A stretch of DNA of 64,000 nucleotides, taken from Candidatus Sumerlaeia bacterium (lineage in GTDB: Bacteria; Sumerlaeota; Sumerlaeia; SLMS01; JANRJK01). Shown here one piece after another: positions 9,937-19,931 of this stretch (the first letter of the stretch is position 1; each line of letters starts with the position of its first letter). Under the pieces are notes generated by a model, which saw only the letters and a program-made list of their open reading frames with translations, was not told the origin of the DNA and did no database searches. A program made the translations under genes and the position numbers. Location: contig JANRJK010000002.1 in NCBI GenBank assembly GCA_033764015.1, positions 64,001 to 128,000 on the forward strand, given 5' to 3'.

Positions 9937-10806
9937 ATGTCCACCACCATCACCGCGAAGATGGTCGCCGACCTCCGCGCCCAGACCGGCGCCGGCATGT
10001 CGGATTGCAAGAAGGCCCTCGAAGAAGCCCAAGGCAACCTCGAGGAAGCCGTCAAGGTCCTCCGCGAGCGCGGCATCCTCAAGGCCGCCAAGCGCGCCGA
10101 CCGCAACGCCACGGAAGGCCTCATCGGCGTCCAGATCTCCGCAGACCACAAGACCGGGGCCCTCGTCGTCCTCAACTGCGAAACCGACTTCGCGGCGCGC
10201 AACGACCGCTTCACCGCCGCCCTCGAGGAATACAAGCAGGCCGCCCTCGCCGCCGCCACCAGCGACCTCGACACCTTCCTCGCCGCCAAGACCGCCTCCG
10301 GCGCCACCGTCAAGGAGTCCCTCGACTCCATGACCGCCGTCATCGGCGAGAAGATCGAAATCTCCGGCGTCCACTTCGAAGGCGGAGACGTCGTCACCGG
10401 CTACATCCACCCCCCCGGCAAGATCGCCGTCCTCCTCACCGGCACCGGCGCGGGCCTCTCCGGCGACACCGCCGCCAAGGCCGGCGCGATCCTCCGCGAA
10501 GTCGGCATGCACGTCGCCGCCTACGCCCCCCGCTTCCTCGACGCCTCCGCCATCGACGAGGCGACCATCGCCTCCGAGCGCGAGATCGCCAAGAACATCG
10601 CCCTCAACGAAGGCAAGCCCGCCGCCATGGTCGACAAGATCGTCGACGGCAAGATGAAGAAGTTCGCCGCCGAAAACGCCCTCCTCCTCCAGGCCTTCGC
10701 CAAGGACGAGTCCGTCACCGTCGGCCAGTTCATCGAGAACGAAGCCAAGAAGGCCGGCTTCCAGCTCAAGCTCACCGCCTTCAAGCGCGTCGCCATCGGC
10801 GCCTGA
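9937..10806 (+). CDS. tsf: Elongation factor Ts
   Basis: LRAQTGAGMSDCKKAL, NCETDF, MHVAA; follows rpsB. Confidence 0.98.
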   Translation: MSTTITAKMVADLRAQTGAGMSDCKKALEEAQGNLEEAVKVLRERGILKAAKRADRNATEGLIGVQISADHKTGALVVLNCETDFAARNDRFTAALEEYKQAALAAATSDLDTFLAAKTASGATVKESLDSMTAVIGEKIEISGVHFEGGDVVTGYIHPPGKIAVLLTGTGAGLSGDTAAKAGAILREVGMHVAAYAPRFLDASAIDEATIASEREIAKNIALNEGKPAAMVDKIVDGKMKKFAAENALLLQAFAKDESVTVGQFIENEAKKAGFQLKLTAFKRVAIGA

Positions 10807-10835
10807 AGCCAGCCTCGCAACACCGGAACATCACG

Positions 10836-10864
10836 CGGGCGCGGAGGAAACACCTCCGCGCCCG
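10836..10864 (+). terminator. Hairpin after tsf
   Basis: CGGGCGCGGAGG-AAACA-CCTCCGCGCCCG. Confidence 0.6.
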
Positions 10865-11190
10865 TCGCCGTTCCACCCCGGCACCCGCCCCCCGCCACCC
10901 CTGAACCAAGGGTGAACCCCAGCCACCCGCCCCCGAACCCTCACCGGCCCACCACCGGTTGATACGGGGATGATACGCGGATGATCTCCGGGGCGGGAAA
11001 GGGCGCAGCCGAGGGGGCTGGAATTCGGGGTTTTCCCTAGTCAGGTTGGCCCGGGCGGAAGCACGGGTCATTGCTGATATGTATCTAATAGTTGTCCGTG
11101 ATTTAATCATTCTGCTTGCGTGGCGGGGCCAAGCACGGGATCATCCCTCCATGAATTGAACAGGGCCGCCGCCCTTGGGGAGCAGGACAC

Positions 11191-12279
11191 ATGAACCACT
11201 CGATCCGACGCCGACTCGCAATGGCGATGCTGGGAGCCGCCTTGCTCGGCTGCCTCGAAGCCGCAACCCGCCTCTGGACCGGCGCCGCCCCGCGCCCGGA
11301 AGTCCGCATCCTGCCGAGCGCGGTGGTGGGGCGCGCGGGGGCGGAGGAGGGGACGTGGGCGACTGCGCGGGGAGGAGGTGGCGCGGGTTACGGGGAGATC
11401 ACGTTTCCGCCAAACGGATACACGATGGACGCGAATGCGACGATTACGATCAAGTGGGAGAGTGGCAGGGAAGTTCAGGACGGTTTCAGCTTTTACAGCG
11501 TGGTGATCGAACCAGCAACCGGATGGGGACCTACAGAATCCATCACCTATGACCGTAGCAGAACTGGCATGTGGACTCCGCCCAACGTTCGTCATGCGAC
11601 ATTCGTAATGGTTGAGCCGGGGTGGTACGTAGTGACTCTGATTCCCAAGGGTCAGGGCATCCCGGACTTTGCTCCATGGGATGGCGCAGTGTTTTATGTC
11701 AATCCGCCTGCTGGCTATGCCCCAACGCCCACCCCTACACCACCTTCTAGCCCTCTCGACCCCGCACCGAAAGCTATCATTGTCCCACAAGGAGGTGGGG
11801 CATATGCGTGTTTTGATGAGCAGAAGGTAAGCTTCTCCAGCTTCGGGATCAAGAACGAGGGTACGGCCCCACTGATCGTCTATGAGGCAAGCATCGGCAA
11901 CCACCCAGCCTTCCTAGACATCACGTTTCCGGACGCTTTGTTTCCGTTTACTGTCTGCCCAGGAGAGACTGTCTATCTTACCCCTGTCGTCGCAAGCCTT
12001 GACTTTGAAGTGCTGCTTGACCTGTCCCCCTTCGCGCAGGGCGCACGGTTCAATGTGGCATCGAACGACTACCGGATCCCATTCGGACCCAACATCGGTA
12101 GCTACTACACCGGAGCTTCATGGTTAATCGAACAGTTTTCTTCTTGCAGCGATACACCGCCGGATCCAACTCCCGCCCCACCCTTCGAGTGTATCCAAGG
12201 CAACTGTGACCTCGCAATCGACGTGGCAGATGCACTTTATTGCTCTGATCTGATACCTCTACTCCTAGGGATGGAGTAG
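11191..12279 (+). CDS. Hypothetical exported protein with Ig-like domains and PT linker
   Basis: Hydrophobic leader, PTPTPTPP linker, IKNEGTAPLIV Ig-like signature, dockerin-like tail. Confidence 0.7.
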   Translation: MNHSIRRRLAMAMLGAALLGCLEAATRLWTGAAPRPEVRILPSAVVGRAGAEEGTWATARGGGGAGYGEITFPPNGYTMDANATITIKWESGREVQDGFSFYSVVIEPATGWGPTESITYDRSRTGMWTPPNVRHATFVMVEPGWYVVTLIPKGQGIPDFAPWDGAVFYVNPPAGYAPTPTPTPPSSPLDPAPKAIIVPQGGGAYACFDEQKVSFSSFGIKNEGTAPLIVYEASIGNHPAFLDITFPDALFPFTVCPGETVYLTPVVASLDFEVLLDLSPFAQGARFNVASNDYRIPFGPNIGSYYTGASWLIEQFSSCSDTPPDPTPAPPFECIQGNCDLAIDVADALYCSDLIPLLLGME

Positions 12280-12346
12280 GCACGTCGAGCCGATCTGGGA
12301 GCAGTAAGACAATCGACCGAAGGGATAAAGAGAGGAACGTCCCACA

Positions 12347-15070
12347 ATGTCCGCAAAGCACAGCAGCTTCCAAAGGCGCGCAGTGGTCGTCGCGGCCATG
12401 ACACTTCATGGTCTTGCCGCAGTTGCATTAGAACCGGGATGGATCAAGGTGATCATTCCGCCTGAGTTAGTCGAACAGACCGTCCCGCTCTCTGAAGCGA
12501 CCAACGAGCTGGCCCAACGCGGGGCGCGCCATGTGGGCAAGGCACCTGATGGAGCCGAAGTCTTCGCAATTCCCGAAGCTGAGAGCAATAGCTTCGCGCA
12601 GCGTGACGACTTCATCCTCAAGCCGGAATGGGATCGGATCAAGCTGAGTCACCGGGAGATCGACACACGCGTTCAGCCTGACCTCTCGGCGGATGCAGCA
12701 TCGCGGCTCAAGTATATTCAGTTCCCGCTCCCGCCAACGGCCGAAGAACTCAAGGGGCTTCAGCAGACTGGCGCTCGCCTCCTGCACTACATCGGAAACA
12801 ATGCCTACCTCGTCTGGTCGCCAGACGAAGACTGCGATGCTGCCGTTCGGTCTTCTCTCGGGTCGCCTGGCGCGCCGCAATACTACGCGCCGACTCCTGG
12901 ATCGGACAAGATTCCGGCGCTGAACATCGGTCGCGCTGCTGAGACGGTCAATGTCGAAGTACTCCTCTTCGCCGACCATCCAGCGTTCGACGAGGAACTT
13001 GCTTCGGCCAAGAGTGAAGGGATGAAGGTACACGGCGAACGCAGGGAGGGTGAATTCCACCGCCTTTCGATCAGCGTCCCCGCATCATCGTTGGCACGGA
13101 TCGCAGACTTGCCGTCCACCGTGGTTATCGCGAACATGGTGGCGTTGTCACCACTCGGCGAGTCTTCGAACCAGATTATCTCGGGGTTGGTGGACAGTTC
13201 AGGGAATCCGTCACCCCCACGATCCAATCCGGGAAAGAACTACATCGACTGGCTGCGAAACCGTCTGTCGATTTCGACAGGATTCGGAGTCCCAGGGAAC
13301 TATCCCATTGTTTCTGTTGTGGACAATGGCATTGGTTCTGGAGACGAATTCAATCCACAGGGAGATACGGAGCCATACTTTCCTTTCCCTGCTTGGGCGG
13401 TTGCTGAGTCGGACTTTCGAGCAGTTCCATCGAATGGGTCCGATGCCACTGGCGAGAGCCGAATCATGTTCTCTTGGATTTGGAACCGAACGATCAATCA
13501 AGTGGACCTCTCGGGAGATGGTGCGACCGAGCCAGATCCGCTCTTCACGACAGCTCCGGACCATGGCCACGTCGTTGCTTCGATTCTTGGCGGTTGGAAC
13601 GCCCGCCCGAACTCAGGGACGTTTTCGGAGCCCTCGGCAACGGAGAGGGAGCACGAGACCTCGGTCGACGCGACGGGTTCGTCCACCGGCTACGACTTCG
13701 GCCTGGGAGTGAGTCCGTTCGGGCGGATCGGGAACGTGCACCACGGATTCGGATCGCCCTCCTTTGCCCAAGCTCTATTTGACTCTTCGGACCTTGAGGA
13801 CCTGTACTATCAGGCTTATTTATCAACGCGCTCGCTCAACGGAGAGGTAAGCAGGGGCGGGCTCTCCGGTGACGGTTACCGACAGTACTTTCAGCACCTC
13901 CCGAATCCAGCCGCGATCGCCAACAACTCATGGGGGGTCCTAGACGGGACACCCTTGACCCTCGTAACGACCTACGGCCCAATTCCTACACGTGCAGACG
14001 TCATTGCACGCGATGCACTCGTGGACAACAAGAGTAACGACCGCAGCACAGTGGGTCCCCACCCGTTCTTGATGGTGTGCGCGGCAGGCCAAGGCGCAGC
14101 CAATGTGATCAGCCCGGGATTGGCGAAGAACGTGCTCACAATGGGCGGCAGCGAGGGGGTGCGACAGGAGTTCAAACGAGAGTCCGGTGCCAACTTGGGT
14201 GCTTTTGAAACTCAAGCGACCGTTCCGGAACGGATGAACGCGGCGAACGACGTATGGGGGGAACTGACCGACCCCAGCGGCGGGGCGTCGAAGGGCGTCA
14301 ATGGCAGCCTTCGAGTCAAGCCCGACATAGTTGCGCCCGCGACGTGGAACACGGGATCGGCCTTCCACTACTACAAGTCCGGCGTCGGCTTGGTCGATGG
14401 CGACTTTTCCTCTTACGCGACGGATGGTCGAGCATATCGTTACTCGAGCACCGGAACCAGCTTCGCTTCGGCGATGGGAGCCGGTGCGGTACAGGTGGCA
14501 TGCAAGTTCATGCGGGATCAGTACGGTATCGTCAACCCCAGCCCGGCGCTGATGAAGGCGTACGCGATCAACGCGGCGAAGTTTTTGACCGGTTGGAACA
14601 CGACCGCAACACCGACCGAGCGGCAGCACCTCGATAACCCCACCATGTACCCCAAGGGCAACCCCGACCCGATCCCCAACAAGTTCCAAGGCTTCGGGCG
14701 CCTCGACCTCGAGAAGATGCTGGACGATTCGCTGCCGCGCTTCCTGTACGACCAGCAGACGGTACTGACTGGGACGGGTTCGATGACATTCACCGGTCGT
14801 GCGGCAGACGTGACGAAGCCCGTCCGCATCACCCTCGTTTGGACCGATCCAGCACCTTCGGGTGACACCACTGGTGACGTGAAGAACAACCTTGATCTTG
14901 TGGTGAAGACGGATCGCAACCATTTGACGACGGGGCACGCCGCAGCTTGTTACGAGCAGACCTACTACCACGGCAACAAGATGTACGCCGCCGCCGCGCC
15001 GGTCAGTGGGGCCTATCAGCAAGAGTACTCGCTGCCGAGGCAGTCGGAGACGACCTCGTTCAAAGATTAG
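12347..15070 (+). CDS. Secreted S8 subtilase (KP-43-like), N-terminal part up to an in-frame TAG
   Basis: Triad motifs VVDNG, DHGHVVA, GTSFAS; SPGLAKNVLT, RVKPDIVAP, SPALMKA, QGFGR, ITLVWTD, NNLDLVV. Confidence 0.88.
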   Translation: MSAKHSSFQRRAVVVAAMTLHGLAAVALEPGWIKVIIPPELVEQTVPLSEATNELAQRGARHVGKAPDGAEVFAIPEAESNSFAQRDDFILKPEWDRIKLSHREIDTRVQPDLSADAASRLKYIQFPLPPTAEELKGLQQTGARLLHYIGNNAYLVWSPDEDCDAAVRSSLGSPGAPQYYAPTPGSDKIPALNIGRAAETVNVEVLLFADHPAFDEELASAKSEGMKVHGERREGEFHRLSISVPASSLARIADLPSTVVIANMVALSPLGESSNQIISGLVDSSGNPSPPRSNPGKNYIDWLRNRLSISTGFGVPGNYPIVSVVDNGIGSGDEFNPQGDTEPYFPFPAWAVAESDFRAVPSNGSDATGESRIMFSWIWNRTINQVDLSGDGATEPDPLFTTAPDHGHVVASILGGWNARPNSGTFSEPSATEREHETSVDATGSSTGYDFGLGVSPFGRIGNVHHGFGSPSFAQALFDSSDLEDLYYQAYLSTRSLNGEVSRGGLSGDGYRQYFQHLPNPAAIANNSWGVLDGTPLTLVTTYGPIPTRADVIARDALVDNKSNDRSTVGPHPFLMVCAAGQGAANVISPGLAKNVLTMGGSEGVRQEFKRESGANLGAFETQATVPERMNAANDVWGELTDPSGGASKGVNGSLRVKPDIVAPATWNTGSAFHYYKSGVGLVDGDFSSYATDGRAYRYSSTGTSFASAMGAGAVQVACKFMRDQYGIVNPSPALMKAYAINAAKFLTGWNTTATPTERQHLDNPTMYPKGNPDPIPNKFQGFGRLDLEKMLDDSLPRFLYDQQTVLTGTGSMTFTGRAADVTKPVRITLVWTDPAPSGDTTGDVKNNLDLVVKTDRNHLTTGHAAACYEQTYYHGNKMYAAAAPVSGAYQQEYSLPRQSETTSFKD

Positions 15071-16462
15071 GTGAACAACGTGGAGCATGTTCGCATCCGT
15101 CCGAGCGAACTGGCTGGTCTCGGCAGTGGCAACAATTCGATGGAGATCACAGTCAAGGCCCGAAGCCTCACCACGAACTGCTTCGACCACTCGCCCACAA
15201 GTCCAAGGCAAGACTTCGCGCTGGTGGCGGAGAACTTTATCATCAGCGGCGTGCCGGAGATTCCGGTTGAGCGGACGAAGCCGACGGCCACTCAACAGGA
15301 GAATGGTTGCTGGACGTTCGCTGCCTTCAACGGTTGGGAGCCAAGCTCCATCGGGGGATACTCACTCACGCCAACCAGCACTGGTGGCTGGACTGACACG
15401 AGTGTATCTATTCTGGAGAATGCGACGAGCACCCCGGGGTGGGCACGCTGGAGCAAGCCGCTCGCCAGCCATCTTGAGCCGGACTTCGTTTATCGAGCCG
15501 TGGCCAAGATCGAGGGGCCGGTCACGAACCCGCAAGACATGGATCCCACGCGGCTCTGGTTCGGAGGGTCGGACCAGTACACAGGGTCAGGCTTGACTCA
15601 ATTGTTCATCGATTCCGGAAGCGCCATCTCGCCGATCGGAGGTCGCAAGTACCATGTCCTCCATTCGCCTCGCGTCTGCTCCAACTGGAGAGCGGGGCAG
15701 CACCCTTGGTTCGTAATGGAGCAGCTAAACAACGTCGCCCCGTTCGTCCGGAACTACCTGACGATGAGCGAAATCTTCGAGGTCGCCGCCTATAATCGTC
15801 GGCTGTTCCCGACGGGCGATGTGATCTTGAACCAAGGCGCATCGACGGTAACGCCGACGGATGGCGATTGGCTTGCCGTGACGAATAGCCCGGTTACGGT
15901 GCCATTCAGCTCCGCATCATGGGCCGACGCTGCTGCCCCGGCAGGCTCGCCGGTTCCGAGCGTGAGCACCTCGGTGACCGGCTCCGGGCTTTCGGTGACG
16001 GCCAGTGGAAGTCCGGGAGGGCAGTGGGCGGCGAGCTTCCGCTCTCCGACTTTCGACCTTCAACTGGGTTACTGGTACATCGTCGACGTCTATGTCGAGT
16101 GCGTGGACCTGATCGACGAGATGCGGGCACCGGTGTTTGTGGCGACGTGGGACAATACGACCCTCGGCGACACCGACTCGGAGCGGTTCGACTACATCCA
16201 AGCGCTGGACAGCCACGACAACAACGAGGCTGGGTTGGTCGAAACGAACCTCCGGCGCTACACCTACGCGATGGAGCCGGCGGTGGCGGGGGACCACAAG
16301 CTGGAGCTGCGCTTCCAGAGCTACGGCATGTCGAGCCTTCCTGAAGGTACGTTCACCATCCGGCGCGTCGTGGTCCGCAAGCACGCGCTCGCGACGATCC
16401 TCGACACGGCGAAGGCATTCGTGGATTCGACGGAGCCCTGTCTCGGGGGCCCGGAGTGGTAA
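15071..16462 (+). CDS. In-frame continuation of the subtilase (rest of P-like domain plus C-terminal beta module)
   Basis: Starts at the codon after TAG with VNNVEHV...QDFALV, the normal end of KP-43-type C-domains; no RBS. Confidence 0.75.
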   Translation: MNNVEHVRIRPSELAGLGSGNNSMEITVKARSLTTNCFDHSPTSPRQDFALVAENFIISGVPEIPVERTKPTATQQENGCWTFAAFNGWEPSSIGGYSLTPTSTGGWTDTSVSILENATSTPGWARWSKPLASHLEPDFVYRAVAKIEGPVTNPQDMDPTRLWFGGSDQYTGSGLTQLFIDSGSAISPIGGRKYHVLHSPRVCSNWRAGQHPWFVMEQLNNVAPFVRNYLTMSEIFEVAAYNRRLFPTGDVILNQGASTVTPTDGDWLAVTNSPVTVPFSSASWADAAAPAGSPVPSVSTSVTGSGLSVTASGSPGGQWAASFRSPTFDLQLGYWYIVDVYVECVDLIDEMRAPVFVATWDNTTLGDTDSERFDYIQALDSHDNNEAGLVETNLRRYTYAMEPAVAGDHKLELRFQSYGMSSLPEGTFTIRRVVVRKHALATILDTAKAFVDSTEPCLGGPEW

Positions 16463-16493
16463 GCGTCGTCTTAGATCGGCACTACTTCTAGGG

Positions 16494-16527
16494 GGGCGGG
16501 GTCTTCGGGCCCCGCCCTTTTCCTTTT
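16494..16527 (+). terminator. Rho-independent terminator
   Basis: GGGCGGGGTC-TTCG-GGCCCCGCCC followed by TTTTCCTTTT. Confidence 0.75.
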
Positions 16528-16644
16528 CGCCCCCCCGCCTCCTGTCCGATTTCGCTTTCCGTTGGCCTTGTTTTCTCTAGAATGCCACGCGCCGGGAGGC
16601 GGTGCGCGCCGACCCGGCACTGAACGACCCAGGAGAAACCAGGC

Positions 16645-17346
16645 ATGATCTTCGACCCCATGTACTTCGTCTTCATCGGCCCGCCGATGCTGCTGGCGCT
16701 TTGGGCCCAGTGGAAGGTGAAGAGCAGCTTCGCCAAGTACTCGGAAATCCGCTCGTCGTCCGGCATCACCGGCGCCGAGGCGGCGGACCTGATGCTGCGC
16801 GAGGCGGGCATCCGCGGCGTGCGCATCGAGCAGGTCGGCGGAACGCTGTCGGACCACTACGACCCCAAGGCGAAGATCGTCCGCTTGTCGCCCGATGTGT
16901 ACGGCGGTCGCAGCATCGCCGCCATGGCCGTCGCCTGCCACGAGGTGGGCCACGCCATCCAGGACGCGAAGGGCTACGCGCCGCTCGTGATCCGCAATGC
17001 CGCCGTGCCGCTGGCGGGCTTCGGCTCCGGCCTCGGCGTGTGGATGTTCTTCATCGGCATGATCTTGATGGGCATGGGCATGGTCTTCGGCAAGATGCTC
17101 GCCTGGGCCGGCGTGCTGTTCTTCGCCGTCGTCGTGGTCTTCCAGATCGTCAACCTGCCGGTGGAGTTCAACGCCAGCTCGCGCGCCAAGCAGTACCTCG
17201 GCACGATGGGCCTGGTGAGGCCCGGCGCGGAGGCGGCGGGGGTCGCCGCGATGCTCAGCGCCGCCGCCATGACGTACGTCGCGGGCACCGCGCAGGCCAT
17301 CGGCCAATTGCTCTACTTCGTGTACGTGCTCGCCGGCCGCCGCTAA
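16645..17346 (+). CDS. YugP-like membrane zinc metallopeptidase
   Basis: LSDHYDP, HEVGHAIQ, LPVEFNASSRA, AAAMTYVA. Confidence 0.92.
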   Translation: MIFDPMYFVFIGPPMLLALWAQWKVKSSFAKYSEIRSSSGITGAEAADLMLREAGIRGVRIEQVGGTLSDHYDPKAKIVRLSPDVYGGRSIAAMAVACHEVGHAIQDAKGYAPLVIRNAAVPLAGFGSGLGVWMFFIGMILMGMGMVFGKMLAWAGVLFFAVVVVFQIVNLPVEFNASSRAKQYLGTMGLVRPGAEAAGVAAMLSAAAMTYVAGTAQAIGQLLYFVYVLAGRR

Positions 17347-17368
17347 GCGCGCCGCGCGCGAACTCAAA

Positions 17369-17400
17369 GGGCGCCCCGGAGCCATCGCTCCGGGGCGCCC
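17369..17400. repeat. 32-bp perfect inverted repeat between convergent genes
   Basis: GGGCGCCCCGGAGC-CATC-GCTCCGGGGCGCCC. Confidence 0.7.
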
Positions 17401-17426
17401 GCGCATTTTCCGCGAAGCTACCCACC

Positions 17427-18503
17427 TCAGCGGCGCATCGGCAGTTCGACCACCTCGCCGCTGACGCCGCCGCAATCCAGCTTGGTCCCCGGCGCGCGCT
17501 GCGCCCAGCGCAGCATCGCCAGCCCCACCGCCCGGCGCGCCCGCGGCGAGTAGCTCGAACTCGTCAGCCGCCCCGCCGCCGCTCCCCCCGCGGACAGCTC
17601 GCTCCCGGCGGGCAGCGGCTCCTCCGCGTCGAACAGCACCCCGACAAGTTGACGCGCCGGATGCCCCAGGTTGGTGATCTTGGCGATCGTTTCCTGCCCG
17701 GGATAGCAGCCCTTGTCGAAGTGCACCGCCGCGAGAAGGTTCGCATCCAGCGGGATCGTCTTCTCGTCCAGGTCGATGCCCCACCACGGCGCGCCCGCCT
17801 CGATGCGGAGCGTGTCGAAGGCGAGAAAGCCCACCGGCCCGCCGCCGGACGCGACCGCTGCCTGGCCGAGCCGCTGCCAGAGCGCCTCGCCCTCCGGCGC
17901 CGGCGCCAGCACCGCCCAGCCCCCCGGCGCGAAGCCGCTCTCCCACGCGAGCACCTCGCCGCCGCCGAAGGCGCGCTGGGCGTAGCGCCCCGCCGCGGGG
18001 GGCGCCAGGCCCAGCGCGGCCAGCATCGACGCGGCCTTGGGCCCGGTGACGGCGAATACCGCCACGGAGCCGGTCGCGGGCTCGAAGCGCGCGTCCTCCG
18101 TGAACACGTACATGTCGAACAGCGAGTGGATCGAATCGGCGGAACTCGCCGGCGTCGAGAGCGCCAACGTCGCGTCGCCGAGCGCGAGCAGCTCCACGTC
18201 CGCCTGCATGCGCCCCTCGGCGCCGAGCAGCGCGGAGCGCCGCGCGTCGCCGTCCGCGAGGTCGTCCGTCTTCTGGCTGAGGCGGCGGTTCAGGTACTCG
18301 CGGTGGTCGCGCCCCTCGCAGCGCACCGCGCTGAGGAAGCCGAGGTCCACCACGCCGACCGACTCCGCCGCGAGGCGGTACTCCGCCTCCGGGTCGCCGT
18401 AGTGGGCGACCGCCTGCGCGCCGAGCAGCGCCATCGGTTCGGCGCCGAGGCCGGCGTGCTGGCCCCAGAGAGGGAGATGGTGGGTGGCGGCGCGTTGCGG
18501 CAT
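17427..18503 (-). CDS. ygfZ: YgfZ/GcvT-like folate-binding protein
   Basis: KGCYPGQE motif, LRIEAG. Confidence 0.88.
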   Translation of the reverse strand: MPQRAATHHLPLWGQHAGLGAEPMALLGAQAVAHYGDPEAEYRLAAESVGVVDLGFLSAVRCEGRDHREYLNRRLSQKTDDLADGDARRSALLGAEGRMQADVELLALGDATLALSTPASSADSIHSLFDMYVFTEDARFEPATGSVAVFAVTGPKAASMLAALGLAPPAAGRYAQRAFGGGEVLAWESGFAPGGWAVLAPAPEGEALWQRLGQAAVASGGGPVGFLAFDTLRIEAGAPWWGIDLDEKTIPLDANLLAAVHFDKGCYPGQETIAKITNLGHPARQLVGVLFDAEEPLPAGSELSAGGAAAGRLTSSSYSPRARRAVGLAMLRWAQRAPGTKLDCGGVSGEVVELPMRR

Positions 18504-18579
18504 GGGGGCGTGCTCCGGGCGGGGGATGTGCCATCACGACAGCACGATCCGGTCCGCGCCGGGGCAAGCCCCGGGCCCG

Positions 18580-19776
18580 TCAGTGCAGCATCCAGCCCGT
18601 GGCCGGACCGCGGAGCTGCACGATGTCCAGCGCCCCGTCCGGGCCGTAGGGGTCGGACCAGCGCGCGTCCGTTTCCACCGCGGGGCCGGAAAGCGTGCGC
18701 AGGAACGCCACAATGTCGGCCTTCTGCTGCGCGGTCAGGTTCAGCCGCTGCGGGTTGCCGCCGGGCGTCAGCCGCGGGTCGATGTTTGGGCTGATGCCGG
18801 GGTCGAGAACCACACTCGGGATGCTGTCGTAATGGTCGACCACCGCCTCCAGCGTCGCGAGGCTGCCGTCGTGCATGAAGGGGCCGTTCTGCGAGCCGTC
18901 GGCGGCGAACATGCCGCGCAGGCTAGGCGAGCGCCGGCTCGTCGCGTCCACCCCGCCGCCGATGCGCCCCGTGACGCCGTTGCTCAGCGAGGTGGGGTCG
19001 ATGTCGAACTCCGGCGCGCGGTGGCAGGCCTGGCACCCTGCGCCGCCTCCCACGCGGACGCCCTGCGGGTTGAATCGTGGTGGCTCGATGAAGAGGGCCT
19101 TCCCGTTGTTCTCCGCCTGCGTGAAGTTCGGGAACGGCAGCTCGTTCGGCGCCTGCAGGCGGCCGGCGTCGTACTTCGTGTCGAAGGACTGGATGCTGCG
19201 GACGAACTGCGCCAGCCCGCGCTGCATCCGGTCCTCGGTGATCGTGGCGTCGCCAAAGGCGCGCTCGAAGAGCAGCGGATACTCCTCAGTCGCCGCCAAC
19301 TTCTCGAGCAGCGACTCGAACGGCGGATCGCCCAGCGTGCCGCTGAATCCCATCTCGCCATGGTCGCGGATCGGCTGCGTCGCCTGCGCCTCCGTGTTCG
19401 CGGCGCGCTCGTCCCAGAACATGCGCGGGTCCTGCCCGAAGCGGATGTTCACGAGGCGCATCGAATGCCGCCCTGTGGTCGCGGAAACGCCGAGGCTCGC
19501 GACCGCCGGGTCGGCGAACCCGTGGTCCTGGTGGTGGCACGACGCGCAGGAGATCGTGTTGTTTCGCGACAGCCGCTTGTCGTAAAACAGGACGCGCCCC
19601 AGCGTCGCGCCTGCGTCCGTGATCGCATTCGTCGGCGGCGTGTTGTCCCGCCGGATGAACGGCGGCCGCGGCTGGCTCGCGTAGTTCGGCAGGTTGTCCA
19701 GGTCGATCGGCTGCTGGGCTTGCAGGGTGGCCGCGCCTGCGAGGAGTGCGGTGGTTGCGGCGAGTATCCAGTGCAT
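18580..19776 (-). CDS. Di-heme cytochrome c peroxidase/MauG family protein
   Basis: Signal peptide, LGRVLFYDKRLS, CASCH, CQACH, PFMHDGS. Confidence 0.9.
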   Translation of the reverse strand: MHWILAATTALLAGAATLQAQQPIDLDNLPNYASQPRPPFIRRDNTPPTNAITDAGATLGRVLFYDKRLSRNNTISCASCHHQDHGFADPAVASLGVSATTGRHSMRLVNIRFGQDPRMFWDERAANTEAQATQPIRDHGEMGFSGTLGDPPFESLLEKLAATEEYPLLFERAFGDATITEDRMQRGLAQFVRSIQSFDTKYDAGRLQAPNELPFPNFTQAENNGKALFIEPPRFNPQGVRVGGGAGCQACHRAPEFDIDPTSLSNGVTGRIGGGVDATSRRSPSLRGMFAADGSQNGPFMHDGSLATLEAVVDHYDSIPSVVLDPGISPNIDPRLTPGGNPQRLNLTAQQKADIVAFLRTLSGPAVETDARWSDPYGPDGALDIVQLRGPATGWMLH

Positions 19777-19931
19777 CAAGATTTCCGCGTGCGGGGGATG
19801 CGGCGGGCAATGCCAGCGCGGTGCCATCCGGAATCAGGGGCACGGAGCTTGCCAAGTATGAAAAATCAAGGGTTTCAATTCTCTCAACGGCTGTTGAGGG
19901 AACCATATGGTACGCCCTGCGACGATTGCGT

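Noticed and set aside
12347..16462. Genome-wide TAG reassignment
   Set aside because: Conserved genes such as rfbC and the methyltransferase end at TAG at the expected length
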